A stretch of DNA of 64,000 nt from Octopus bimaculoides. Lineage: Eukaryota. Location of the stretch: NCBI RefSeq assembly GCF_001194135.2, contig NC_068982.1:61436867-61500866 (forward strand), written 5' to 3'. The notes under the pieces are model-generated. The model did not search any database, was not told the DNA's origin, and saw only the letters and a program-made list of their open reading frames with translations. Shown piece by piece: positions 38,235 through 50,844 of this stretch. The position numbers were made by a program, and so were the translations under genes. How positions within the stretch are numbered: the stretch's first letter is position 1; each line of letters begins with the position of its first letter.

Positions 38235-38672
38235 GAATATATTCTTCAATAGACATAACTTAAAAATCAGTTTCAGCTCAACTACTAATTTTAAATATAT
38301 AATCGCACACAACACACAAAAACCACAAAATGAAACCAGCTGTTCATGCAGGAATAAAAATTTGTGCCTGCTAAATGGAGCTTGCATATCCAAGACCATC
38401 ATTTATGAAGCCACCGTAGACTCTACAACCACTAAGGACATGGTTTCGACAAAGAAATTATGTGGGCCTTACAGAGGGGAATTTCAAGGCCAGGTTCAAC
38501 AATCACACTTTGAGCTTCAGGCATTGGGATAAAAGGAAAACGACCAAATTATCCAGTCATATATGGTCCTTAAAAGACAAAGGTGTCAGCTACAACATCC
38601 ATTGGAAGATCTTAGCCAAGTGTAAGCCTTACACCAACGGCAGTGGAAAATGTGGTCTTTGTGATATGGAAA
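38235..38672 (+). mobile_element. Penelope-like element, linker and GIY-YIG endonuclease fragment
   Basis: IFFNRHNLKISFSS...SCSCRNKNLCLLNGACISKTIIYEATV...(Y)VGLTEGNFKARFNNHTLSF...TKLSSHIWSLKDKG...WKILAKCKPY...KCGLC: the Penelope Cys-rich linker with IY..YVG..F..R. Confidence 0.9.
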
Positions 38673-38677
38673 GATGG

Positions 38678-39660
38678 AAAGAACCCTGGGACACCTGCTT
38701 TCTGTATACTAGTGCCTACAAAGCCATTGGCAAGCAAGTAAGCAGTGAGCCACTTTGCAAAAACAGTGAAGAAAACTTTTCCCTCAATATTCAGCAAAGA
38801 GATAGGGAGAAACTGACCAAGTGTCACTGAGTCTTCCTCTTTGGGTATATAGATCCCATCAGCCCTACACCAACACTCAGGAACTTCACCACGCTCCCAT
38901 ATCTTAACCAGCAATCGCCACAAACACCTCAGTAAGTTCGGACAATTTTTGTACACTGCATACATCACCCCATTAGGGCCACCAGCAGAGCCAGCCCTTG
39001 CTTTGCATACCACCTACTGAACTTCCTTGAATTTGACCATGGAAGTATCAAACCTTGCACCTGGAGGGGTGGGTCTGTTCAGTTCTGGTAGGTGTTTAAC
39101 CTTAGCTCCTCTGTTGGCATCAGAATAAGTTTGCTTGAGATGGTTTTCCAGCTCTTCCTGCTCAACAGTCAGCACACCACTAGTTCTCTCCTTGAATAGC
39201 TGTTTAACAAAGGATTTTCAGTGAAGGCTTTCCTAGCCTTTGCAGCTTCCTTCTGTTTCCTGGCATGACACTCCGCTCTACCCAGCTTGCTGATCTTCTT
39301 ATGAGTTTCACACAGGAGGACCTCAATCTCAAACTTGGATGGATCTTCTTGCAGTAATGCTCTTAACCTTCTTGTGTCTTTTCAAAGTTCATGGATAGCT
39401 CTTCTCCTCCAGGATTTCTTCACCTTAACTGTAGGTCTTTCAGTCAACTCATGCAAACCAAAGTTCAGCACTTCATAATCACTCACCATCTCTCCCAGCA
39501 CTCGGACTTTCCTGCTTGGATTACCTTTGACTGTGCAGAAAGCCACAAACAACTCTTCATCCATTATAGACCACGCTTTATCAGAGGCAAGAGGCCGCTT
39601 GATCACTCGCCGGCCTGAAGCTAATGGTCCGATCAAACATTTGATTTTTATGTAACACAC
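38678..39660 (-). mobile_element. Hero-type (R2 group, RLE) LINE fragment: pre-RT region to early RT
   Basis: KARAGSAGGPNGVMYAVYKNCPNLLRCLWRLL...WCRADGIYIPKEEDS..LGQFLPISLLNIEGKVFF...TSIQKAGVPGF, and upstream IKRPLASDKAW...RAE...ARKAF..NP. Confidence 0.85.
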
Positions 39661-40125
39661 CTTTTCATTTAAAATTTTAACCTTGTGATGCTATTAACTC
39701 TGATGAGAAAAATATAGAGTATTGCTATGGTTGGAGTTAGCTCGCCCATAGCAACCTATATCTTTTTGAAACGGCTGTAAGACTTTACACATAGACTTTA
39801 TACGTGTTCCAAACTCCTTATGAATCAGTTTACATCTGCTTTATCATCCTCTTCATTCGGACTTCGCAAGTACATTTATGGACTTACACGTTTTATATAT
39901 TTATATTCATGAATTTTTATGTGTTTATAAATTTTTATATGTGTATGAATTTTTATATATTCATAAATTTTCGCGTATATGCATGTATTTGTAAATTCTT
40001 AAAATTTTTATAAATCATATAGATGAATGCATCTATGTATGCACTTTGTATACCATGGAGAATTTCGTTAATATGGATTGAATGAATATATATACATCGG
40101 CCTTTGAATTTGTTTTCTCCTCTCC

Positions 40126-40169
<44 letters not shown>

Positions 40170-40394
40170 ACATACACATATATATAGAGAGACATACACC
40201 TATATATATATCTATATATATACAAATAAATATACATACATACATATATGACCACAGCCGCAAAGCTGAAATGAATAAAAGAATACATATATGCAGGGTG
40301 CAATGGGTAAATTGTTGCCATTTTATAAATTTTGATTTTGTGCACTTGCATGTTTTTGATTTTGTGAGCTACACAGTATAGTAGGGTCAGTTGG

Positions 40395-40750
40395 GCACTG
40401 TCTGTGAGAAAAACAGTACCATGACAGTTGGCAGTTGGTCAACAACACTCACTGCAGCAGTCACTCCACCTTGTGGGGCTCATTTCTCCAACGGGCCACT
40501 GTTATCCCTATTTTGTGGAGGAAATCAGTAGTATAGGGTTCAAGAGTACCTGATGTCTCAATGGCGACTGGTACAAACTGATAATGGCTGGTTAGGCCTC
40601 TGTATTTAAAATTTTTTCTCTCCTCAGTGTTGTGGGTGGTGACACCCAGGTTTGCAGCCAATCCTGCAAGGTTGGAGCCCAGAGAACATGTCGTTGCACA
40701 TTGTGTCCCAGACTAAAGATCTGCCTCCCCTGAATGGGAAGAGGGTTATT
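40395..40750 (-). mobile_element. CRE-type LINE C-terminal restriction-like endonuclease fragment
   Basis: PFPFRGGRSLVWDTMC.D...NLAG.AAN...EERKNFKYRGL...YQFVPVAIETSG matches the CRE RLE pattern PDG..FPF..G..L.WD.TC.D...KY....F.P.A.ET.G. Confidence 0.8.
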
Positions 40751-40907
40751 CCACTGGGGTAACTGAGCACACCATTTATTCTGGGGTAAGGGGCCCATTG
40801 ATCCTCCTTCTCCTTTCATCTTCCACTTCTTTACCCCACCCCTACCTTTCTTGTTTTTTCTTTTCTTTTCCTTTCTTGTCTCTTTTCTTTTCTATTACTT
40901 TGTGTTT

Positions 40908-41135
40908 TTAACCCTTTAGCATTTAAACAGGCCACATCTGACCAGAATATTCTACCTGTTTTATGTTCAAACTAGCCAGATCCAGCTTCTCGCAACTACA
41001 TTACAATGTCATTCTAAAAATAAACAACCACATCTTTGAAATTTCAAAGCTACAAGATAACATAGGGTTCAATTTTTAAAATGTGAATAAATAAGCATTA
41101 TATTTAACAAAGAAATCTGAATGCTAAAGGGTTAA
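40908..41135. mobile_element. TTAA-MITE family D
   Basis: TTAA|ccctttagcattt...gaatgctaaaggg|TTAA. Confidence 0.95.
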
Positions 41136-42589
41136 ACTTTATTTCACAATGCTTCAAATAAATTATATCATTCTAAGAATATATTACATTTCTAATGTAG
41201 GCCTACAATTTTAACTCTATTTCACTGTCCTACAACGTCCCACTTCTGGCACATGCAATTTTCAACCAATATCTTTTACCAATTTTAAAACATCAGGCAT
41301 TGTGATATGTTTCCAACTGTTTATTTCATTTGTTATGGCTTAGAAATAATTAATACAGTAAAGCAAACACATCAAAAGATAAAACATAAAAACTATCGTT
41401 ATGAACGACACAGAGGAGAAGAGGGACATTTCAGAAGAAAAATAAGATGTTAAGAAATGTGAACAATGATGAATATCACATGATTCTTTTGTCATCACAA
41501 AAATCAAAGAAAATATAGAAAAAAAATATTAATTAATTTATCAACAAATTAGTAAGTATATAACATGATGGCTTTAATGAAGAAATTCAATTTAATTAGG
41601 ATACATCAGCTGATATAAAGTTTGGGATTGCTTTATTCTTCTATTTCCTTTGTATTTTGTTCTTTTATTAATCTATTGGATCAAAAGTTTTCAATATGGT
41701 CATCATGTAATTAAAGTCTTATACAAAACAAAAAGAACAGCAAAAAACAAATAAATTCTCAATTCTTCTGTATATATTATGGAGAGTGAAGTGTCAGAGA
41801 TATATTGAAGAATTTACCTCATGTGTCTGTTACAAAGATTTAACTCCTATTTATGAACAAATATGGGAGGTGAGGCCTCCGACAATCTTTTCTTTTTCAT
41901 CAATACTCAGTTCTCATTTTATAGCTAATACTAGAAACTTCTAAAGTTCAATTCAAAACCGGGTTTACAGGACTTGACACAGATAGTTTCTTTTTCATCA
42001 AATAATTAATGTGGAAGTTACACAAGTTTAATTCAAAAAAGAACAATTTGAAGGAAATTTGGCTGAAACCTAAGTCTAAGGAACCTTTTAGAGGAATAAC
42101 ATTAAATAAACCACCATTGAATGAATATTATAAAGACAGTGCAATCAAAGAAAACAAAATAGATGCAATAATTGTACTTGTTGTTGTCAGTGTTTACTGT
42201 CAGGTCAACCTTGAGTGAATAGATCAAAGCATTCATGCTATAATAATCCATCTTTTTTCCCAGCTTGAATATATGTAAGTATTTTACTATCCAATGTGTC
42301 CTTCCTTCTTTAGATGGTAGAGAATGATGTGAGGGATATTTGGCTACTTTTTCTAGCAGGTCAAGGGACCATGTAGCAGTGTCTTTGCATGTAAATGTAA
42401 TAGTATTTAGGATTGGCAAATAGTGAGTCACTTTTTAGAAGGCACAGTAATTCAGTTGACAGAACAAGGAGATATGTTTTGACTGGAAAATTCATATATT
42501 AACATCATGAAAGTAGGAAAGTGTCAAACAAATAAAGAGTGAGTAATAGTAAGAGAAATAAAAAATAGTGAATGGAAGGCTGAAATACT

Positions 42590-42675
42590 TGGCTAAGAAA
42601 AAACCATTATGCCTGGCTTTCATTGATTCGGAGAATGCATTTGATAAAGTATCATGTCCAGTAATTTGGATGTAA
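42590..42675 (+). mobile_element. Small RTE RT fragment
   Basis: AKKKPLCLAFIDSENAFDKVSCPVIW resembles KPLYLAFVDLEKAFDRVPR. Confidence 0.65.
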
Positions 42676-42761
42676 GTTGTAATTTAGCCCTAATCCTAAA
42701 CTGAGCAGACTTATAATCACAGACTTTCCAACACATCTTTTTAAACATCTACAACTACATT

Positions 42762-43096
42762 AGGAGTGGCTGTGTGGTAAGTAGCTTGCTTACCAACCAC
42801 ATGGTTCCGAATTCAGTCCAACTGCGTGGCACCTTGGGCAAGTGTCTTCTACTATAGCCTCGGGCCGACAAAAGCCTTGAGAGTGTATGTATATGTTTGT
42901 GTCTGTGTTTGTTCCCACATCGCTTAACAACTGATGCTAGTGTGTTTACGTCCCAGTCACTTAGCGGTTCAGCAAGACAGACCGATAGAATAAGTAAGTA
43001 CTAGGCTTACAAAGAATAAGTTCTGGGTCGATTTGCTCGACTAAAGGCAGAGCACCAGCATGGCCACAGTCAAATGACTGAAAAGAATAAAAGAAT
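42762..43096 (+). mobile_element. SINE family A copy
   Basis: Head to gactgaaaagaataaaagaata tail. Confidence 0.9.
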
Positions 43097-44415
43097 AATG
43101 TATGTTTCTCTTTTTTAACATGGTAGGGATTTGAGGGTGGTTTGGTAACTGTTTCTGTGAAGTTGAACATTCTCATAAGAAGTTCTATCACTGGTTTGAA
43201 AGGTTCATGCATCTCGTAAATGTTAATATTCAGGGTTGATGTATTTCTTGGTCTGAAAGATGAAACACAGCCTTCCATAATGAAGTTATAAAAGGTGATA
43301 TAAGAACTCTGCAAGAAATTTGTTAAAGAATGCTATACATTATTCATACACTTGTGCTGGTTTCTAGTACTGGGCAGAGGCCATGCTAGAGCATTGCAAA
43401 CAACGTGTTTGTTTTATGAAACCATTTTTTGTTGAATTTTTAATCTTTTTTATTTTACTAAAGTTACCATGTTTACTAATGTATAAGTTGCTTTCCTAAT
43501 GTAGAGTTAAATCTTGGTACAAATATTTATTTCCTTCACATTCAGACTTGATATCAGCTTTGCCCCATGCACAAGTTGCACCCCAGTATTTTCAATTAAA
43601 ATAAATCAAGCATAAAATAATGCAACTTCTTTGCAAGTAAACACAGCATGTTCCTTTTATAGAGTTATACACAATAAAGTATGTATACAGACTTATATAT
43701 ATATATATTATAAGTAGGTACCACTATAGAGTGCCGTACAATGGAGACAAACACTGTTTGAACACACAAAAACACTTTTTGTTTTGTTATTTTCATGTCA
43801 AAATAATTTTTTTTCCATGGAAAATTATATATCATTTGAAAGTTCTGGACATGAACTTTCTTTCCATATAGTTTTATTTAAAATCTGACAGTTACATATC
43901 ATGTCATGGTCTCTGGTATTTCCACACATTTACAAAGTTTGCCCCCACACACACATACACACCCTTTTTTTTTTATTTTTTTGACTGCTGAACAGTAGCC
44001 CTCATTCTAGTTCAATGCACTGAAGTGCTACAACCCAAGATGTGTTGAAAGTAATCCAGTCATGAAGAGGAATGTTTCTACATTATTATTTTGATATAAA
44101 AATCTATGGGGACAGATTAGATAATCATTACAAAATATAAAAGTAAAAATTTTATAGTTAGTTTTCACTTAAAAAAACATACTGTCTTTGAGATTTTTAT
44201 GAAAAAGTTTCCCAAGAATTCAATATGGTCATAGCTGAATCTAGCTACAATATGGCAGGAAAGCACGAAGTCAATAAAGAGGCTGGTATACTGATGCTAT
44301 TTGTCAAACTGACATATTCACACATGGCAAGAAGTCAAATGGAACACAAATCCAAGGTTTCAAAGATGCAGCCAAAATTTCAAGAAATGGACAAACTAAC
44401 TACTAAGTAAATATA

Positions 44416-47062
44416 CAGGATGCGTAAAGTATTTGAGGACATACTTTTTTGGGGGTCATTACTGCCTTTTTTGCTAACTCTGTATAATCTTTGTCTCAGA
44501 AAATAATAATAATGGCAGACCCTCAGCTTACTCAAGAAATGAAGAGGCATGCTGTTATTGTGGTTATAAAGGATGAGTATAGTGATTTAGAAAAATCTCG
44601 ATTTTTAAAAGTTGCTAGATCTTTTGTCTACAAAGTTTGTAAGGAGTTAGAGATTGAAGATAGAAATGTATCACCAGTATCAAAGCATAAAAAAACATTC
44701 TAAACACTCTGAAATCATCAGAACACCTAAATTTATCCAGCAAGTTCAACAGACCATTTATTACAATCCCAGAAAGTCCAAGAGGTCAACTGCAAAAGAT
44801 CTCCATGTGTCAGAAGGAAGAATCAGAAATGTTGTCCACAAAGACATCTATATATATAAAAATGAGAATGTGTGTCTGTCTGTCTGTCTGTGTGAATCCC
44901 TAAAACTCGAGAACTACGCAACCAATTTCATTCAAATTTTACAGATGCCTTACTTAGGGTTCCAGTTGTGTTTTAGTCAAAAAAAATTTTAACTTCTTCC
45001 AGAGTTCGAGCCCACAGCAACATAATATCTCCTCCACTATTTAAGTATTACGTGTCAAAAGTGAAACAAAAACACTCATGTCAAATACTTTCACTTTAAA
45101 AATGAAACTATTCTACTAACTGAAACAATCACATTTCGATACTGTAATGACAGATACTTTCAGAGAGAGAGAGAAAGAGAGAAAAAGAGAAAGAGAGAAA
45201 GAGAGAGAGAGAGAGATGTATATGTATACATATAGATGTATATGTATACATATAGATGTATATGTANNNNNNNNNNNNNNNNNNNNNNNNNNNNNNNNNN
45301 NNNNNNNNNNNNNNNNNNNNNNNNNNNNNNNNNNNNNNNNNNNNNNNNNNNNNNNNNNNNNNNNNNNNNNNNNNNNNNNNNNNNNNNNNNNNNNNNNNNN
45401 NNNNNNNNNNNNNNNNNNNNNNNNNNNNNNNNNNNNNNNNNNNNNNNNNNNNNNNNNNNNNNNNNNNNNNNNNNNNNNNNNNNNNNNNNNNNNNNNNNNN
45501 NNNNNNNNNNNNNNNNNNNNNNNNNNNNNNNNNNNNNNNNNNNNNNNNNNNNNNNNNNNNNNNNNNNNNNNNNNNNNNNNNNNNNNNNNNNNNNNNNNNN
45601 NNNNNNNNNNNNNNNNNNNNNNNNNNNNNNNNNNNNNNNNNNNNNNNNNNNNNNNNNNNNNNNNNNNNNNNNNNNNNNNNNNNNNNNNNNNNNNNNNNNN
45701 NNNNNNNNNNNNNNNNNNNNNNNNNNNNNNNNNNNNNNNNNNNNNNNNNNNNNNNNNNNNNNNNNNNNNNNNNNNNNNNNNNNNNNNNNNNNNNNNNNNN
45801 NNNNNNNNNNNNNNNNNNNNNNNNNNNNNNNAACGGTACAACAGTGTAAGACTACCCTTTCAGATATACTTTCATTGTGATTTCTGCAATGTGGTGCATA
45901 AATTGTCAAGTAAATGAGACGCATCTTTGCCTCCACTGATTCACTTGCAAAGTAAAATTATTTCGTTGCAGACCTCCTTTGGGTCTTTTTATTATCACTA
46001 CAACACACATAGTCCCCAGTTGGTAACATTGATTTCAAGGCCCTCCTAGATGAGAGACTGGCATTCCACTTAATGTCTATGTTCCATGCTGGCATGGATT
46101 GGAGAATTATTAATGTAGAAATATGGTATCGTAGCTACTAACAGTTGAGGGTTGCGTAGTCTAGACGGCGTTTTTAGATTTCATTATTCTCTTTAACCCG
46201 GCAAAGCCGGGTATTTCTGCTAGTCTAATATAAGTCTTATGAAATGAGTAAAGGTCAATTTGTCAGAAAAAGCAAAAGAAAATCACTACATCAGATCTAA
46301 AAGGTTCTTAAACAAACTGAAAAATCTAGCAGAAAAAGATTTGATTTGGCTTTTCTCAAATGAGAAAAACTTTGACCAAGATCAAAAAGTTAACAGAAGA
46401 AAAATTACAGATGGTTATGTACAGACCCTTCTGAATTTCCAAGTGTTATGCGTACAAAATTTCTTGCAACTGTCATGGGTTTAGGAGTTGTCAGCAATGA
46501 AGGACATGTGATGCCTCCTTACATCTTTCCACAAAGCCTTAGAGTTAACTCTGCCGCCTACATTGAGGTCCTGAAATAATTGTTAAACCCTGGATAGACA
46601 GTGTATGCAATGGAAGGCCATCTATGTTTCAGTAAGACTCTACACTATCATACATGGCTCTAGTAACAAGAATGGATGGCTGAAAATTTTCATGATCACA
46701 TAACCCCCTAACATTTGGTCTCCTAATTCCCCAGATCTCAATCCATTGGACTATTACATGTGGAGCATTGTTGAGAGAGAGGTCAATGAACACGCCCATA
46801 ACACCAAAGATTCTATGAAAGCTACTATAGTCAGAGTAATGTCCAAAATGAACGAGGACCACTTGATTCAAGCATGTAGATGGTTTAGATCTCATATAGA
46901 TGCAGTTGTTGCAGCTGAAGGAGGCTTTATTGAATAACATTATAGAAAAGAAGGTTTAGTTTTATCCTCATAGCATTTTTTGATAAATAAAGTTATTATC
47001 TGTTATTATATATCTGTATTTTTATAGACATAAATCTGTCCTCAAATATCTTACGCATTCTG
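44416..47062 (+). mobile_element. Tc1/mariner DD37D (maT-like) element with both TIRs and TA TSD; transposase 44539-46937 is decayed and split by a Helitron
   Basis: TA|caggatgcgtaaagtatttgaggaca...tgtcctcaaatatcttacgcattctg|TA. MKRHAVIV...VARSFVYKV...RTPKFIQQVQ...NPRKS; IWLFSNEKNF; GVVSNEGHVMPP; WSPNSPDLNPLDYYMWS...AVVAAEGGFIE*. Confidence 0.92.
44847..46223 (+). mobile_element. Non-autonomous Helitron, both termini intact
   Basis: A|TCtatatatataaaaatgagaatgtgtgtctgtc at the 5' end. At the 3' end, hairpin acccggc-aaa-gccgggt (46196-46212), then atttctgCTAG|T. Inserted at an AT dinucleotide with no TSD. Confidence 0.9.
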
Positions 47063-48529
47063 TATATTTTTACAAAAAAAATGCACTAAAGAGCCCAAGC
47101 TTAGCATGGTATCATTGTATTGAGAATGTTGCTTATTTCCTCTTGTTTTAACAATGTGTGTCCAAATTTTATGTAGTGGATATTCTTGTGCATGTAAATT
47201 TCATTTTTCTTTGAGAAATATTGGTCAAATTTCGCAAATAAAAATTATATTGTGCAATGAATATAATTTTGTAGACTATTAAAGTCAAATGTGATATTTC
47301 TTTTTCCAATTCTGAATATAGTTGGATAATTTGTAGTAGTGTTTACATATTTGTTTTGGGTTATTCTTTCTCTCTCTACTACAAACAAGTTTGCTGTAAC
47401 TTACGGATGACTTTCCTGTCTTTAATTCATGTTTTTAATGCTTAAAGCAAGGAATTAGTTTTCATATTTTGTTTGTTTTTAATCTAGGTCTACATGCAAT
47501 TCTGAGGTGTCATGTGATCATGGGATGTGTAAAAAAACAAAAGCTAAATCCCATTAAATCATCACATACCTTTTCATTTGAAAATTTTTTCAAAATGTTT
47601 CTTTTTTTTTAACTGAAAAGGCTTCTCCCATCGTTTTTAAGTGTGTAATGCAAAAAAAATTGGCCAAAATCAGTCTGGAGGGGAGGGGGTGGAGAAAAAA
47701 ATCATAAAGTTTCAAAAATTTTTTCTCATAAGACGCTTACCCCACTCATTTCCAAGACTGATACAAAAAAAAAAAGGAAAAAATTCCCATCAAAACAGAA
47801 TCCAACTTATGTGGGTGTCCTCATCCAAAACTCCACCATTTATAGCCATTTTTAATAATTAATTAAAATTTTATTGAAATGGTGTCTTGCCCCAAAATCT
47901 CAGGATTTATTTACTTTTTTATACCTACTACAAAAGCAACAAAACTCAAGTCCCTTTGGATTGTACTTTTAGATTTGGATAGATCTGAAAACACTGTGAA
48001 ATTGACTGTTTGTAACATGCAACAAAATAGATTTTACATCAATATTTTAAAAATTGCCAAAAAAAAGTTTTCTTTCCAAGAACCTGAAAAAAAATCGGCA
48101 ACTGCTATACCATGATCACTATTAACTTGCATAATTTGAAGATAATTTGTCACCTCAATTTCAAAGATATGACATCATAAATATGGCTAATTATTCATTT
48201 AGGCCAAGTATGCAACATTTCGCCCAATTTGCTGACCATTCAAATTGTCATATTTCCCAAAATATTTACCCAGTACATGCAATGTGAAAAAATTAGGGTT
48301 CTCATGCAAGCCCCACCAGCTTGCATAACAAAAACATAGAATGATGGACACATATTTAATGCATTCATCACAGCCTTTTAATTTAGAGTATTCAGACAGG
48401 CCTTCCTCTTCAACCTTCATCATCTACAAACCTACAAAGTTCACCTAACACCCACAATGGAGTACTATCTAGGACAGTGCTGCTGCTACTACACATACAG
48501 ATATGTCACATACCCACCAAAAAAAAAAA

Positions 48530-48800
48530 TGGTTACCTGACTGATTGAAACGACAAATTTAGCCACCAACTCATTGCAGCCACCCACCCACGGATGTGCT
48601 GTTGCCTATTCTACTGTTACTACAGTGGCCGCTACTTCTCAGAACTAGCTGGTCTCATGCCACCTTCAATCAGACTCACCTCCTATTGTCAACCAAATTA
48701 TCATCCACTCCAGCCTGCACTAGTCACATCAGCCAGGTCTTCCTCACAACAGAATCCCCTCCAACTCTGTTTATTTTTCTGTAGCTGTTAACTTCAACAA
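48530..48800 (+). mobile_element. CR1/L2-group LINE C-terminal fragment
   Basis: DV(A)..CLFYCYYSGRYFSELAGLMPP...NYHP resembles the RRDVASLCLFYRYY.G.CS.EL..L.PP...HP tail of CR1-like RTs. Confidence 0.65.
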
Positions 48801-48831
48801 TTAATTCTTTCTTGTCATATTTCTGCTGAAA

Positions 48832-49221
48832 TACTCTTTTACTCGTTTCAGTCATTTGACTGCGGCCATGCTGGAGCACTACCTTTAGTCAAACAAATCG
48901 ACCCCAGGACTTATTCTTTGTAAGCCTAGTACTTATTCTATCAGTCTCTTTTGCCGAACCGCTAATTTACGGCGACGTAAACACACCAGCATCGGTTGTC
49001 AAGCGATAGTGGGGGGACAAACACAGACACACAAACATATACACATACATATATATATACATATATACGAAGGGCTTCTTTCAGTTTCCGTCTACCAAAT
49101 CCACTCACAAGGCTTTGGTCGGCCCGAGGCTATAGTAGAAGACACTTGCTCAAGGTGCCACGCAGTGGGACTGAACCCAGAACCATGTGGTTGGTAAGCA
49201 AGCTACTTACCACACAGCCAC
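48832..49221 (-). mobile_element. Young SINE family A copy inserted in a family E MITE (~48800-49414)
   Basis: Near-consensus sequence. MITE E internal sequence resumes at 49222 (ttcctttgttgcaactaattttgaaaat...). Confidence 0.92.
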
Positions 49222-49566
49222 TTCCTTTGTTGCAACTAATTTTGAAAATTAATGAAGACTTTAGTAAAATACCCCAGCCATTATTAAGCTAAGGTTTGGA
49301 ACATAAATTAACATGAAATTTTGACAAAAGGTTTTAATTTAGATTACTTTAAAATAGAAAGTTTGTATCGTGGAACCCGAGGTAGTTTGGGGTGGGTTGG
49401 TGTCAAAAGAGTTCAATGCACTGGTCTCACTCAACTCAGAGAACTTGCAAAGACCAAGGGGTACAGCTCCTTCCTTTGGGCCAAACCAATAAGATTAAAA
49501 TTTTAAAAGATATCTAACATTCAATAACTGGAACACAATGATTTTATTTTCCAGCTCTTTACTACT

Positions 49567-49728
49567 GGCGCACGAGTGGCTGTGTGGTAGGTAGCTTGCT
49601 TACCAACCACATGGTTCCGGATTCAGTCCCACTGCGTGGCACCTTGGGCAAGTGTCTTCTACTATAGCCTCAAGCCGACCAAAGCCTTGTTAGTGGATTT
49701 GGTAGATGGAAACTGAAAGAAGCCCATC

Positions 49729-49803
<75 letters not shown>

Positions 49804-50005
49804 TGTATGTATGTGTGTTTGTGTGTCTGTGTTCGTCCCCCCACCATCGCTTGACAACCGATGCTGGTGTGTTTACGTCCCCGTAACTTAGCGGTTCGGC
49901 AAAAAGAGACCGATAGAATAAGTACTAGGCTTACAAAGAATAAGTCCTGGGGTTGACTAAAGGCGGTGCTCCAGCATGGCCGCAGTCAAACGACTGACAC
50001 AAGTA
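49567..50005 (+). mobile_element. Young full-length SINE family A copy
   Basis: ggcgcacgagtggctgtgtgg head, internal (TA)n(GTAT)n(GT)n, tail. Confidence 0.95.
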
Positions 50006-50610
50006 TTAACCTAAACATATACTACATTAATTTCGTTCACCTATCTTGGCCTCTTTATTTACCACCAAAATCTCAAGATGAAAAATTTAAAGAACTACTC
50101 ATTTAGCTTATAAACAATATAAGTATCAGGAGAGAGACAGATTGAAAAAGAGTTCAGTAATAAAAACGTCAATGCACTATATAAATATACACACTGCACA
50201 TTAGGCTAGAAAGGACAAATTAAAGGGAGACAACTTTGGTTTTCCTAATGTAAGGGAGATAATTGTACAATTTAAATTTTAACCAATATTGAAGTTTAAA
50301 AAAAAAAAATTTTCGGTTTATATCATCAAAATTTCTAATAGAGACATGACAACAACAGCAAGAAGAAAAACAGTATCATAAATAACATAAGAGTTACATA
50401 TTAATTAATTGAATTAATTTTATTCATAAGAACTTTTATAATAAATTCTATTTCTGAAGTCATTCTAATCAACACCACCACCACTTGAAATTAATTCTAA
50501 GTATATTTCGGTTCCACATTTTACATGTCACTATCATGATTAATTATGCATGTATTTATTTATTTATCGGTTTATTTATTTTTGCATGGGTTCACTTAGC
50601 ACATCAAAAC

Positions 50611-50800
50611 TATTCTTTTACTTGTTTCAGACATTTGACTGCGGAGTACCGCCTTTATTCGCAGAAATCGACCCCAGTACTTATTCTTTGGAAGCCTCGT
50701 ACTTATTCTATCGGTCTCTTTTGCCGAACCGCTAGTTTACGGGGACATAAACACACGACCATCGGTTGTCAAGCGATGTTGGGGGGACAAGCACAGACAC

Positions 50801-50844
<44 letters not shown>

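Noticed and set aside
39722-39754. Small hairpin (ttgctatgg...ccatagcaa) near the Hero 5' fragment as a possible self-cleaving ribozyme
   Set aside because: Only a 9-bp stem; I could not identify an HDV-like or hammerhead fold, and the element's true 5' end is not evident.
42961-43314. 117-aa - strand ORF
   Set aside because: Its C-terminal third is SINE A sequence, and the unique part lacks a credible donor.
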